This document shows, in pieces, positions 1 through 9,096 of a stretch of DNA of 32,000 nt. Made by a program: the position numbers and the translations under genes. The notes under the pieces are model-generated. The model had not been told where the DNA came from and searched no databases. It saw only the letters and a program-made list of their open reading frames with translations. Every line of letters starts with the position of its first letter. The first letter of the stretch is position 1. The stretch lies in the NCBI GenBank assembly GCA_965250005.1, contig OZ252279.1, forward strand, positions 300,001 to 332,000. Direction: 5' to 3'. This stretch comes from Demequinaceae bacterium (GTDB lineage Bacteria > Actinomycetota > Actinomycetes > Actinomycetales > Demequinaceae).

Positions 1-1
1 T

Positions 2-532
2 CGGACCGTGCGCAACGCGATTTCGGGCCTTGCCCCTGTTGCGGCGGGTGTTGCTTCTGAGGGTGACTCAATGCACAGAAGCGCGGCGCACCGTGACTCG
101 ACCCTTGATGTAATCCGGCAGGTGCCGCCGGACGGCGGGAGTCGACCGCACGGAGTAGGTCCCGAGTGCCTCGACAGGGTCGCAGGGTTCTATGACGTAT
201 ACGGGCGGTTGGCATGGGATCGGCCAGCGATCACGATTACGCACTACGCCCGGAATCCTGCGAGCGGGAGGTATGTACACCCCGAGCAAGACCGAGGATT
301 AACTGCGCGCGAAGCCGCACGTTTGCAGGGATTCCCCGATTGGTATGTGTTTCGCGGAGGCTTCGACGATGTGTTTCGCCAGATCGGCGAGGCTGTTCCT
401 CCCGCGGTAGGGATCGCGGTCGGCGCAAGCATATTGGCGCGATTCTCCTGGGATTTCGATGCCGAGATTGATGAGCTTGATGTGCAACGGCGCGGGCCGA
501 GTTGCACGGTGACGAAGCGCGCGCCGCTGTGA
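2..532 (+). CDS. C-terminal part of a DNA cytosine-5 methyltransferase (5' end outside window)
   Basis: The frame stays open to the left edge (codons before the listed Met read R-T-V). It contains the motif IX/X-like region WDRPAITITHYARNPASGRYVHPEQDRGLTAREAARLQGFPDWYVF...QIGEAVPPAVGIAVG, typical of m5C MTase C-termini. Motifs I-VIII are upstream of the window. Confidence 0.85.
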   Translation, partial: RTVRNAISGLAPVAAGVASEGDSMHRSAAHRDSTLDVIRQVPPDGGSRPHGVGPECLDRVAGFYDVYGRLAWDRPAITITHYARNPASGRYVHPEQDRGLTAREAARLQGFPDWYVFRGGFDDVFRQIGEAVPPAVGIAVGASILARFSWDFDAEIDELDVQRRGPSCTVTKRAPL

Positions 533-1602
533 CCTGGAGTTGTGTTGACGCGTTCTCGGGAGCGGGGGGCCTTGCGCTCGGCCTCGAAGGAGTCGGGTTC
601 AGAATCCTGTATTCATTCGACAAGGATGAAACGTGCATCGAGACGATCCGCGCGAATATAGAACTGAATGAGCGCTCGGCCGCGGCCGTAGGAATCGAAG
701 ACTTGCTCGGTGGCGAATTGCTGCGACGCCTCGGATTGGAACCGGGTGAGCTTGATTTGCTCGCTGGCGGCCCGCCATGCCAAGGCTTCAGCACGCAACG
801 TGGCGGCGAAGATGAGGATCTCCGGAATGCGCTAGTGACGGACTATGGCCAGCTTGTTGTCGAGGTGCGGCCGAGAGTCGTGCTGATGGAGAATGTGCCC
901 GGGCTCGGAGGCCGCAGAGGGAGCGCAATCCTTGCAGCGTTGCGAGCGACCCTGGAGGACGCGGGTTACAGACTTCAAGAGACCGTACTCGATGCTCAAG
1001 ATTTCGGAGTGCCGCAACGTCGGCGCCGGATCTTCCTCGTGGGGTTTCGCGAGGACCTTGACGTCGCACTCGGTTTCAAGTGGCCCGTGCCGCTCCGCGA
1101 GCGCAAGACTGTCCGCGAGGCGATTGGCCACCTTCCACCTCCCCCTGACGGCGGCCGGCCGCACCCGTCGATTCCGAATCACCGGGCGGACAATCTTTCT
1201 GACCTGAACAAAGCTCGGCTAAGGGCACTTGGAGAGGGCCAGTCGCGAGTTGATCTACCCGAACACTTGCTCGCGGCATGTCACCTCAGATCCGCAGATC
1301 TGATTGGGCACAGAAACGTCTACGGCAGGATGGAATGGGACTCCGTTAGCCCCACGATCACCGCCAGGTTCGATTCGTTCACTCGCGGGAAATTCGGGCA
1401 CCCTGACCAGCTCAGAACGGTGTCTCTTAGGGAAGGCGCGCTCCTCCAGGGATTTCCGGAGGATTTTGTATTCGTCGGTACCAAAGTAGAAGTCGCGCGG
1501 CAGATCGGAAATGCGGTTCCTCCACCCCTCGCACGCGCAGTGGGATCGTCAATTGCCGCGAGTCTCGCTTCCATTCGCCAGCCAGCGACGTCGGGTTCTT
1601 GA
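529..1602 (+). CDS. DNA (cytosine-5-)methyltransferase, complete
   Basis: Motif I DAFSGAGGLALGLEGVGF, motif IV GGPPCQGFS, motif VI ENVPG, motif VIII FGVPQRRRRIFLVG and motif X QIGNAVPPPLARAVG are all present. The listed ORF starts at TTG 502. The GTG at 529 forms a GTGA overlap with the upstream stop (530-532) and is my preferred start. Confidence 0.95.
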   Translation: MTWSCVDAFSGAGGLALGLEGVGFRILYSFDKDETCIETIRANIELNERSAAAVGIEDLLGGELLRRLGLEPGELDLLAGGPPCQGFSTQRGGEDEDLRNALVTDYGQLVVEVRPRVVLMENVPGLGGRRGSAILAALRATLEDAGYRLQETVLDAQDFGVPQRRRRIFLVGFREDLDVALGFKWPVPLRERKTVREAIGHLPPPPDGGRPHPSIPNHRADNLSDLNKARLRALGEGQSRVDLPEHLLAACHLRSADLIGHRNVYGRMEWDSVSPTITARFDSFTRGKFGHPDQLRTVSLREGALLQGFPEDFVFVGTKVEVARQIGNAVPPPLARAVGSSIAASLASIRQPATSGS

Positions 1603-4600
1603 TGCGGGACCTGTCGCTGAGAGACGATGTGGGAGAGTATTTCGCCGGGTTCTCAAAAATTCTTGCGGGACTCAACGGCGGCGCAGCTACCGAAATGGCG
1701 TCGCGTCCCATTGCGCACAAACTGGTCGAGAGCCTCATTAACTCTTCAAACGCGCGCGCAACTGCAAGGCACGAGACTGCTGGAGCAGCGGGCCGCCCAG
1801 ATTGGACCGTTGAGGACGTGGACGACTTTGGCGTCTACACACTAATTGATCACAAGTCACTGAACCCCAATGGCCGGTATGCGCTAAAGGCAAGAGAGCA
1901 CGAGCAAATCTCGGGCTACCTTGAACTGGGCGTGCCGGTGGTCGTATTTGACGGAGTTTCCTTCGACGTCTACGGGACTGACGCGGGACGGCTGGTGGTG
2001 GTTGACTCGGCAAGCCTTGCGCAGAAACCACTTCCGACTGACGGCAGTGAATGGGTGGTGTCAGAAAGTGGCCTCGCCCGGGTCACAGAGATCTTCAATG
2101 GCTTGACGCGTACCGTTGCAAGGTCGGTCGTTTCGGAGCAACGGGTTGTGGAGACACTCGCCAAGTATGCGCGCCAGATTCGAAGCGTTGCTGGAGAGGC
2201 GCTCGAATTGCAGGACCCAGACGAGGCGAAAAGTGGCAGCGAACGCGAGCTTGTGTTGCGGCTTGCTCGGCTTCGCCAGATTCTCGCGGCCGAGCATGAT
2301 GCAGGGCTGAGCGAAGCAAAGACGTGCTCCGGCTTTGTTGCGCAGGTCTTGGTTTTCGGCTTGTTCGACGCGAGCCGCAGGATGGAACAGTCGCCCGAGG
2401 AGCGAGGTGGCAGCCCGGAGCGGCGCGCGCGCGCGTTGCTCGCCGGCGCGTTGAATTCTCCCACAGTCGGAGTGGAAGGGCCGATGCCAGCGTTCTCGGC
2501 AGTCTTGAATGCACTCGACTCGTGCCTTGGGCCCGACCACCCCATCGGGTTTTGGTACGACGCGGCGTCGCGCTACCTGGCGCACGCTCAGGTTCGTGGG
2601 ATAGACGACTCCGAACTCGATTTCCATATTCTGTTTGAGCGCTTCTTCGTCAGTTTTGACCCCGAGGCCCGGTTTGATCGCGGCGTGTTCTACACACCGG
2701 GAGTTCTTGCCTCTTGGATGGTCGGAGCAGTGGAGATGCTGCGCGCAGAAAAGTTCTCCGAAGAGGCGCAGACTGCGTCCGCGAAGATTGTGGACCCGTG
2801 CGTGGGCACCGGAGGTTTCTTGGAGGCATACATGAAGCACGCTCGGCCAGATGATCGCGCGAGTCTTGTGGGGCTAGAGATTCTTCCCGCACCGCTCGCG
2901 CTCGCGCAAACAAGGCTGGCTACTGCTGCGTCCGAAACGCGATTTGGAGGCTCGATTCGGTTGCACCTCGGGGACACGCTGCGCGATCCACTTGAGGCCC
3001 ACGATACCGGGGTCGAACGTGTGTTTGAAAACCTGATGCGGGGCTTTCAGACAGATGCATCGGCCCCCATTACCGTCTTGCTCGGAAATCCGCCGGCCAG
3101 TATTCACTCGGAAAACTCGACGCCTCGCGACACGGTTGAGAGTCTTCTGGATGGGTTTCGCCCCGTTGGTGGGAACCGTCGAAGCAACGTGCAGAAGGCG
3201 CTCAATGATGAGGCGTACCGCTTCCTTGCCTGGGGGCTCAACGTGCTCGTGGATTCGCAGAGGGGTGTGGTCGCATTCGTCTTGCCCCAGAGCGCAATTG
3301 AGAAGACCTCTACTTCAGCGATGCGCGCAAAGTTGCTCGAGACGTTGGACGAGATCTGGGTTCTTGAGTTGGATGACGATGCTCGGAAGTCTGAGGCAAC
3401 ACAGTCGCTATTCAACGTCATGCAGGGCCGGTGCGTGCTTTTCGGCACGTTGGGGAGCTTGAGTCGGAAACCCCAAGGGGGGCGTGCTCGCGTTCACTTC
3501 ATGTCAATTGCGAATGCGAAGCTGGAGGCGAAGAACTCGTTCCTGAGCTCTCCACCGGTCTTGTCCGATTTCCAGGAACAAGTTCCGTGGGGCGGTCAAA
3601 GGAACCGCTTTGACATCGCCGCTAGCGGATCGCGTGACCTTTGGAACATGTGTTGGCCGCTCGAAGGCACGGTGCTGCACGAGGGGATCTTCGTTGGCAA
3701 GTGTGGTGGGTTGAAGCTGTCACCCAATGCCCTGACCGTTCACTTGGACCGCAAGCAACTGGCCAGACGTGCCCGAGAACTTGGTGCCGCGCGAGTTGCA
3801 GCGGCCAATGATGCGACTTATCGCACTTGGTACGCCGGGCGGTCGAAGCCGCCCCGTGTCACAAAGTTCACGCCTGAAGTCTTGGACGCGCTAGAGGGAA
3901 AGAGTTTAGGAACTGCCTCGCAGCAGTACGCCTTCCGTCCATTCGTCACGTGTGTTGCGCTGCTGGATCCGGGGCTGCTGGCGGCTCTAGGCAATGCGCC
4001 TGGCAAGGGAACGCGGGACCGCCCGGAACTCCGGGCCGCATTTTCCGAAGACGGGATTGGGATTGCGGTGTCCCCCGCGCCGAAAGACCTCGGTTCGAGC
4101 CTGACGCGGTTCACGAGCTTCTGTCATTTCGTTCCTGACAATGACCTGGTAGCTCGCGGCACCGCCGCCGTCTATCCGCTCCGCTGGCAGGCGAAACGCC
4201 CAAATGAGCCTTTGCCCAAGACGCTTCCTTCGAATATCGCTGAAGCCGCTCGGGCAATCCATTGGCCGCACTCGAAGAAGGTCGGCGCCGATGAGTCGAT
4301 GATCTATTACGTGTATGCGATCCTCAATTCGAGCGCATATCTCAGACAGTTTGAATCGATGCTCTATGACTCTGCCGATTCGAATGACCCTGCTCGGGTG
4401 CCGGTGTTTTCAGAAGCGTCTGTTCGGGTCGCGATCCGGGATTTAGGGGTGGAAATTGCAGAGTGTGAACGTGAGGGTGCACCCGGCATTGCCCTCGAAG
4501 GTTGTGATGCGGAGTGGAAGCACTCGGCGTCCGCTCCACCCGAACTGACCGCGTATGAAGGAGTTGAGACCGGAAGCGCGGTATCTCTCCACCTGCGAGG

Positions 4601-4877
4601 ACCGTCGGGGGATCTAGCAACAGTTCATGGAATCCCCAAGGAGGTTTTTGATCTGCGCATCTCGGGCTACAACGTGCTCGACCAATGGCTAAAACTCCGC
4701 AAGGCGCCGTACTTGAACCGCGAGTTTACCCCTGCCGACCTTGAATCGCTTGTTCAGCTTGTTGGGCGCATCGCCCAACAACAGGTCTTGCTGAAGAGGG
4801 TCGACGAGGTTGTTTTGGCGGGGTTGCGGGCTGGTGAAGCGGCGATTTGCAGGCCCGTTGCGATTTCACATCAGTGA
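1602..4877 (+). CDS. Type ISP/IIG-like restriction-modification protein: N-terminal PD-(D/E)XK-like nuclease, N6-adenine methylase domain, type ISP (LlaBIII-like) C-terminal specificity region; no helicase
   Basis: The N-terminus has GRPDW...YTLIDHKS (PD...DxK). The methylase region has FYTPGVLASWMV...IVDPCVGTGGFLEAY (motif I-like) and VLLGNPPA. The C-terminal part has YAFRPFVTC...FTSFCHFVPDNDLVARGTAAVYPLRW, resembling type ISP C-terminal domains. No Walker A/DEAD-box signature was seen. ATG 1602 overlaps the upstream TGA (1600-1602). Confidence 0.82.
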   Translation: MRDLSLRDDVGEYFAGFSKILAGLNGGAATEMASRPIAHKLVESLINSSNARATARHETAGAAGRPDWTVEDVDDFGVYTLIDHKSLNPNGRYALKAREHEQISGYLELGVPVVVFDGVSFDVYGTDAGRLVVVDSASLAQKPLPTDGSEWVVSESGLARVTEIFNGLTRTVARSVVSEQRVVETLAKYARQIRSVAGEALELQDPDEAKSGSERELVLRLARLRQILAAEHDAGLSEAKTCSGFVAQVLVFGLFDASRRMEQSPEERGGSPERRARALLAGALNSPTVGVEGPMPAFSAVLNALDSCLGPDHPIGFWYDAASRYLAHAQVRGIDDSELDFHILFERFFVSFDPEARFDRGVFYTPGVLASWMVGAVEMLRAEKFSEEAQTASAKIVDPCVGTGGFLEAYMKHARPDDRASLVGLEILPAPLALAQTRLATAASETRFGGSIRLHLGDTLRDPLEAHDTGVERVFENLMRGFQTDASAPITVLLGNPPASIHSENSTPRDTVESLLDGFRPVGGNRRSNVQKALNDEAYRFLAWGLNVLVDSQRGVVAFVLPQSAIEKTSTSAMRAKLLETLDEIWVLELDDDARKSEATQSLFNVMQGRCVLFGTLGSLSRKPQGGRARVHFMSIANAKLEAKNSFLSSPPVLSDFQEQVPWGGQRNRFDIAASGSRDLWNMCWPLEGTVLHEGIFVGKCGGLKLSPNALTVHLDRKQLARRARELGAARVAAANDATYRTWYAGRSKPPRVTKFTPEVLDALEGKSLGTASQQYAFRPFVTCVALLDPGLLAALGNAPGKGTRDRPELRAAFSEDGIGIAVSPAPKDLGSSLTRFTSFCHFVPDNDLVARGTAAVYPLRWQAKRPNEPLPKTLPSNIAEAARAIHWPHSKKVGADESMIYYVYAILNSSAYLRQFESMLYDSADSNDPARVPVFSEASVRVAIRDLGVEIAECEREGAPGIALEGCDAEWKHSASAPPELTAYEGVETGSAVSLHLRGPSGDLATVHGIPKEVFDLRISGYNVLDQWLKLRKAPYLNREFTPADLESLVQLVGRIAQQQVLLKRVDEVVLAGLRAGEAAICRPVAISHQ

Positions 4878-4991
4878 GCAGCATCGCTACCTCCAGTGTC
4901 CGTCGCGGATCGCACCGGTCACCTCGTGAGGGCCAGAGCTCATAACGCTCCCGCTGTGGCGAGAGCAGTTCAGTTAGGCCGGTGGGGCGCG

Positions 4992-5018
4992 GGTCGCGAC
5001 TTTCTCAAAAGCGCGACC
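4992..5018. repeat. Short inverted repeat (potential hairpin) between the RM operon and the SIR2 gene
   Basis: ggtcgcg-a-cttt-ctca-aaag-cgcgacc: a 7-bp arm plus a 4-bp inner stem, one unpaired a and a 4-nt loop. There is no clear T-tract. Confidence 0.5.
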
Positions 5019-5198
5019 GCCTTGCGCGTTTGAGTTGCACCTGCCGGTTTCGAATGTCGTCGGTGCCCGCCCGAAGTGCGAGACCAAGGTGAGGCGATAG
5101 TCGTCATGGGAATCTAGGTGCTTCGGCTACCGCTCGGCACCTGCAATCCGCTCGGATTTGCGTCTCGCATGCCGTAGTTGGGCCATAGAGTCGTAGGC

Positions 5199-6056
5199 AT
5201 GAGCAGCCCTATCACTTGGCCGGACGATCTCGTCGAGGAGATCGCCGAGCGGCGCTGCGTCGTGGTGCTGGGGGCAGGCGCGTCGGCGTCGTCGAAGAAC
5301 AGCGCGGGCAAGCATCCGCCTAGCTGGGCGGGGCTGCTGGAGTCGGCGCTCGAGATGGTGCCCAAGAAGCATGACCGCGATGCCGCCGAGCAGCTCATGC
5401 GCGCCGGCGCGTACCTGGACAGCGCGCAAGTGATCTGGAGTGCCGCACCCCGGGAGGCGTTCGGGCAGTTCCTGCGCAAGACGTTCGCGCCGGGGGAGTA
5501 CGCGCCGTCGGCGCTGCACGAGTTAGTGGCGCGCATCGACCCCAAGGTGGTGGTCACCACCAACTACGACCAGATCTACGAGACGCACGTGGAGCAGGCG
5601 CTGGGCGCCGACGCGTTCGTGGTGCGCAAGTTCTACGAGCCCGACCTGGTGGACGATCTGCGTTCGGACCGACGCGTGATCGCCAAGGTGCACGGTTGCG
5701 TGTCTGCGCCAGACGACATCATCCTCACGCGCCGCCAGTACTTTGACGCGCGCCGCGAGCACGCCGACTTCTACGCCGGCCTGGACGCGCTGGTGCTGTC
5801 GAACACGCTGCTGTTCGTGGGCTCGGGGTTCGGCAACGACCCGGACATCGACCTGCTGCTCCAGAACGCCAACATCACGGCGCCGTCCAAAAAGCGCCAC
5901 TACGCGCTCGTGCCCGACGGCTGGAATAGTGCGGTGCGGGACGCGCTCAGCTACACGTACAACGTGGAGTTCCTCGAGTACGCGGACGGGAAGTACGAGC
6001 AGGTGCCGGAGGCGCTTGGGGAGCTTGCTGTGCGGGTCGAGGCAGCCAGGGGCTAG
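5199..6056 (+). CDS. SIR2-like family protein (putative NAD-hydrolysing defence-type sirtuin)
   Basis: VVVLGAGASASS near the N-terminus, VVTTNYDQIYE, VIAKVHGCV (catalytic-type HG) and LLFVGSGFGNDPDIDLLL. The listed ORF begins at TTG 5178; ATG 5199 (MSSPITWPDDL) is more plausible. Confidence 0.85.
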   Translation: MSSPITWPDDLVEEIAERRCVVVLGAGASASSKNSAGKHPPSWAGLLESALEMVPKKHDRDAAEQLMRAGAYLDSAQVIWSAAPREAFGQFLRKTFAPGEYAPSALHELVARIDPKVVVTTNYDQIYETHVEQALGADAFVVRKFYEPDLVDDLRSDRRVIAKVHGCVSAPDDIILTRRQYFDARREHADFYAGLDALVLSNTLLFVGSGFGNDPDIDLLLQNANITAPSKKRHYALVPDGWNSAVRDALSYTYNVEFLEYADGKYEQVPEALGELAVRVEAARG

Positions 6057-6172
6057 GCGCCCCCTGAGCCCCCGTTCGGGCGTGTCTCATTTTCAGTGGG
6101 ATGTTGGGCCGCGTTCCCCAACACTCGTAACCGACCCGCGACGCGTTGGGTGGACCCGTGTACGTTCGACAC

Positions 6173-6964
6173 ATGGCACACAACACAGGTACGCGTCGCG
6201 TTGTTGCAATCCTCATGGGGGCGGCGATCGCGTTGGCGGGCTGCTCGTCGGCGTCACCGTCGTGGTTGTTCTCCGTGACGGTCAACAACGCGACGGCTTC
6301 CGATACTGAACTCGTCCTGCACGACGTTTCCGACGGGGGTGCAGTAGCGTTCTCGGACCGGCCAGACCGCAACGTTCACAGCGTCGACCTCGAGATGCTG
6401 CCGACCGTATGGTCCGACGCGGGATTTGACGAGGACGCCCCAAACGCTGCGCTCTCCGCACAGTCGGCAGATGGACGGACGGTCGACAATATCATCGTCG
6501 AACTCACTGCCGTCCGCCTCGAAGGAGGGGACCTGGTCTTTGACGTCGTGTGGCTTGATGGCGTTCCCTCAGCGACCGCGCTCTCCGCTGTCGTGCTCGT
6601 CATTGATGACACGGCAGGCACATACAGCCCACCGGAGTGCCCAGCAGTGGAAGTCGTCTCGTTCGCCGCCATGGAGTTGGCGCAGTTCGACGACAGCACG
6701 ATGGTGTACGTGTCCGGGATCGCCTGCACCAAGGATGAGGCAGGAGCGGTGCTCACGGCACAGTTGGGGGGCGAGGGCCCGCAGCGCGCCGACGGCATGA
6801 TGACCACCACGACAAACGGCGCCGCATGGACGTGCGATTGGTCGCAATACATCAAGGTCACCGAGGAGTTGAAGGCTCAGGCCACGCGGTGGATCACGTG
6901 CTCGGACGACGCAGGCGCGACCATCAAGATTCAGGGCGGCGAAGAGGAAGAAGCAACCTTCTAG
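6173..6964 (+). CDS. Predicted secreted lipoprotein, unknown function
   Basis: ATG 6173 (MAHNTGTRRVVAILMGAAIALAGCSSAS) gives a signal peptide with lipobox LAGC. The reading frame is intact to TAG 6962-6964. Confidence 0.7.
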   Translation: MAHNTGTRRVVAILMGAAIALAGCSSASPSWLFSVTVNNATASDTELVLHDVSDGGAVAFSDRPDRNVHSVDLEMLPTVWSDAGFDEDAPNAALSAQSADGRTVDNIIVELTAVRLEGGDLVFDVVWLDGVPSATALSAVVLVIDDTAGTYSPPECPAVEVVSFAAMELAQFDDSTMVYVSGIACTKDEAGAVLTAQLGGEGPQRADGMMTTTTNGAAWTCDWSQYIKVTEELKAQATRWITCSDDAGATIKIQGGEEEEATF

Positions 6965-7030
6965 CCCCCGGCACGACGCGTCCGGTGTCGCGACGACCAC
7001 ACCGGCGACGGATCTACAGACGCGCAATAG

Positions 7031-7099
7031 TGGATCACGTGCACGGACGGCGATGGCACAAACATCAAGATCGAGGGCAACGAAGTAGAGGAATTCTAG
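7031..7099 (+). pseudogene. Duplicated 3'-terminal fragment of the preceding lipoprotein gene or of a paralogue
   Basis: 7031-7099 translates WITCTDGDGTNIKIEGNEVEEF*, parallel to WITCSDDAGATIKIQGGEEEEATF* at 6890-6964. No start codon or upstream coding body is visible. Confidence 0.65.
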
Positions 7100-7137
7100 G
7101 CCGAAGGCCTTGGCCCCGCCGATCCCACGAGCGGCGT

Positions 7138-7749
7138 TCAGCGTGCCGACAGCGCGAGGCGCCCGGCGAGCGCGACGTACGTCGCGGCGAACGTCATGCG
7201 CATCCCGTGAATCACGCGAGGCCGCGCGATTATGCGCGTGCGTACGGCTCCGGCGAACACCCCGTAGAGCACGAACACGGCGAACGTCACCGCCATGAAT
7301 ACCGCGCTGAGCGCCAGCATTTGCCCCAGTTGCCCCGGCCGCGTGGTGTCCACAAACTGAGGCAGAAACGCGAAGAAGAAGATGGTGAGTTTGGGGTTGA
7401 GGAGGTTGATCAGCACCGCTTGACCGATCACGCGCGGCACCGACACCGGAGACGCCGCATCGTCGACCTCAACCGCGGATCGATCCCGCCACGTCTGCCA
7501 CGCGAGGTACAGCAAGTACGCGACGCCCAGCCACTTGACGACCTGGAACGCAACCGCGCTGGCGTGCAGGATCGCCGCCGCACCTGTGATGGCCGCGACC
7601 ATGTGCGGCACGATGCCGATGGTGCAACCGAGCGCAGCGACCACGCTCGCGCGCCCGCCCCGCGTGAGTCCAGTCGAGATGGTGTAGATCACGCCTGCGC
7701 CAGGGGTGACCACAACAACCAAAGTGGTCAGCAAGAAGGCGGCATCCAT
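7138..7749 (-). CDS. LysE/RhtB family amino-acid exporter
   Basis: 203 aa. TPGAGVIYTISTGLTRGGRASVVAALGCTIGIVPHMVAAITG and LINLLNPKLTIFFFAFLPQFVD are typical of LysE-type translocators. Confidence 0.88.
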   Translation of the reverse strand: MDAAFLLTTLVVVVTPGAGVIYTISTGLTRGGRASVVAALGCTIGIVPHMVAAITGAAAILHASAVAFQVVKWLGVAYLLYLAWQTWRDRSAVEVDDAASPVSVPRVIGQAVLINLLNPKLTIFFFAFLPQFVDTTRPGQLGQMLALSAVFMAVTFAVFVLYGVFAGAVRTRIIARPRVIHGMRMTFAATYVALAGRLALSAR

Positions 7750-7881
7750 GAGGCGTCTCTCTCGGTTGCTCGGCGGTGTGCACCGACGCTACCACCGGGC
7801 GCCGCGCGAGATGCCGGGGACGGGCGTCGCCGTCAGCAGGGAGCGCCCACCTTGCGTACAGAGTCATCGACCCCGCGGTGG

Positions 7882-9096
7882 TTATGATGCGGCGCTCGCG
7901 ACGTCCCTTTCGCTCACGTGGTGGATCATGGCGAGGTCCAGCGAGCCACTTGCAGGAAGCGACACCAAGCCCTCTTCAAGGACACCCAATTCAAGATACG
8001 CCGCATGGAGCGCGGTGACGACAGCGCCGGCGGCTCCGGAGAAGTCGCCAAGCGCCGCCGGCACGAGTTTTGGCGCGAAACGCAGGTTGGCCTGCAACGC
8101 GCTTCGATACGTACCGAGGTCCCGGGACAAGGATTTCGAGATGCCCCCGCCGAAGACGATCATCTCCGGTTCACAGGATGCCGTGATCGCCACGAGCGCG
8201 ACCAGAAGGGCGTCATCGAACTGCGATCGCAGACTTGAGAACGGTTCGTCAGGCGCTATGGCGAATAACACGGCTGGAGATTCGATGGGGGTGCCAAGCT
8301 CGCTTGCTCGGCGTAGGATGCCCGGCCCCGTCACGGAGTGCTCAAGCGGTGTGCCGAGCGGGCCCACGGGCAATTGGCCGAATTCGCCTACGAGCCCGTG
8401 GCGACCGACGAGCAACTTGCCTCCGATTGCGAGGGCAGCGCCAAAGCCAGCGCCTAGGGTAACCATCGCCGCCGTGGGTGCGCCGCGAGCAGCGCCGAAT
8501 CGCTGCTCACCGATCAACGCGAAGTTCGCATCGTTGTCGACGTCTAGGGGGACGTCGAGACGATCTCGGAGCACTTCAAGGAACTCCGCACTCTCAATTT
8601 GAGGCAGGTTCGGCGCGTTTGAGACCGTTGCTCCGTCCTGGCTCACGGCGCCGGGCAGCCCAAGGGCGACAAACTGGATGCGTATTTCGAGGCGACGCGC
8701 CGCTGCCGACGCGATGTCCGCAAGCCAGAGCGCGAGCGCCGTCGAATCGAGATCGGTCGGTGTCGGCAACTCCGCGGCCGCGAGTGGGACGCCCACCAGG
8801 TCGGTCGCGATCAGGCGCGTATTGGAGGCGCCCAGATCGATACCCAATACGTATGTGCGCTCTGCTACAAGGTCGAAGAACCGGGCTCGCCGTCCGCGGC
8901 TCTCGACAACGATCTCTTCACCCTCCCGCACGATGCCATCAACGATCAGGTGGTCGATCACCCGGGTCACCGTGGCAGGCGAGATGCTAGTGGTCGCCGC
9001 GATCTGTTTGCGACTGGCCGGGCGCGAAATCAGGAGTTCGGTGAGCACAGTACGCCGGTTGAGTTCGCGAACGTCTTGGACCACGACTTGTCTCAC
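7882..9096 (-). CDS. ROK family transcriptional regulator
   Basis: 404 aa. N-terminal wHTH (NRRTVLTELLISRPASRKQIAATTSISPATVTRVIDHLI) followed by a ROK-type domain (VLGIDLGASNTRLIATDLVG, DNDANFALIGEQRFGAARG, VTLGAGFGAALAIGGKLLVGRHGLVGEFGQLPV). Confidence 0.88.
   Translation of the reverse strand: MRQVVVQDVRELNRRTVLTELLISRPASRKQIAATTSISPATVTRVIDHLIVDGIVREGEEIVVESRGRRARFFDLVAERTYVLGIDLGASNTRLIATDLVGVPLAAAELPTPTDLDSTALALWLADIASAAARRLEIRIQFVALGLPGAVSQDGATVSNAPNLPQIESAEFLEVLRDRLDVPLDVDNDANFALIGEQRFGAARGAPTAAMVTLGAGFGAALAIGGKLLVGRHGLVGEFGQLPVGPLGTPLEHSVTGPGILRRASELGTPIESPAVLFAIAPDEPFSSLRSQFDDALLVALVAITASCEPEMIVFGGGISKSLSRDLGTYRSALQANLRFAPKLVPAALGDFSGAAGAVVTALHAAYLELGVLEEGLVSLPASGSLDLAMIHHVSERDVASAAS

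Noticed and set aside
6826-7887. Plus-strand 353-aa ORF over the LysE-type gene
   Set aside because: It is antisense to a clear LysE/RhtB transporter and its R/H-rich composition indicates a shadow ORF.
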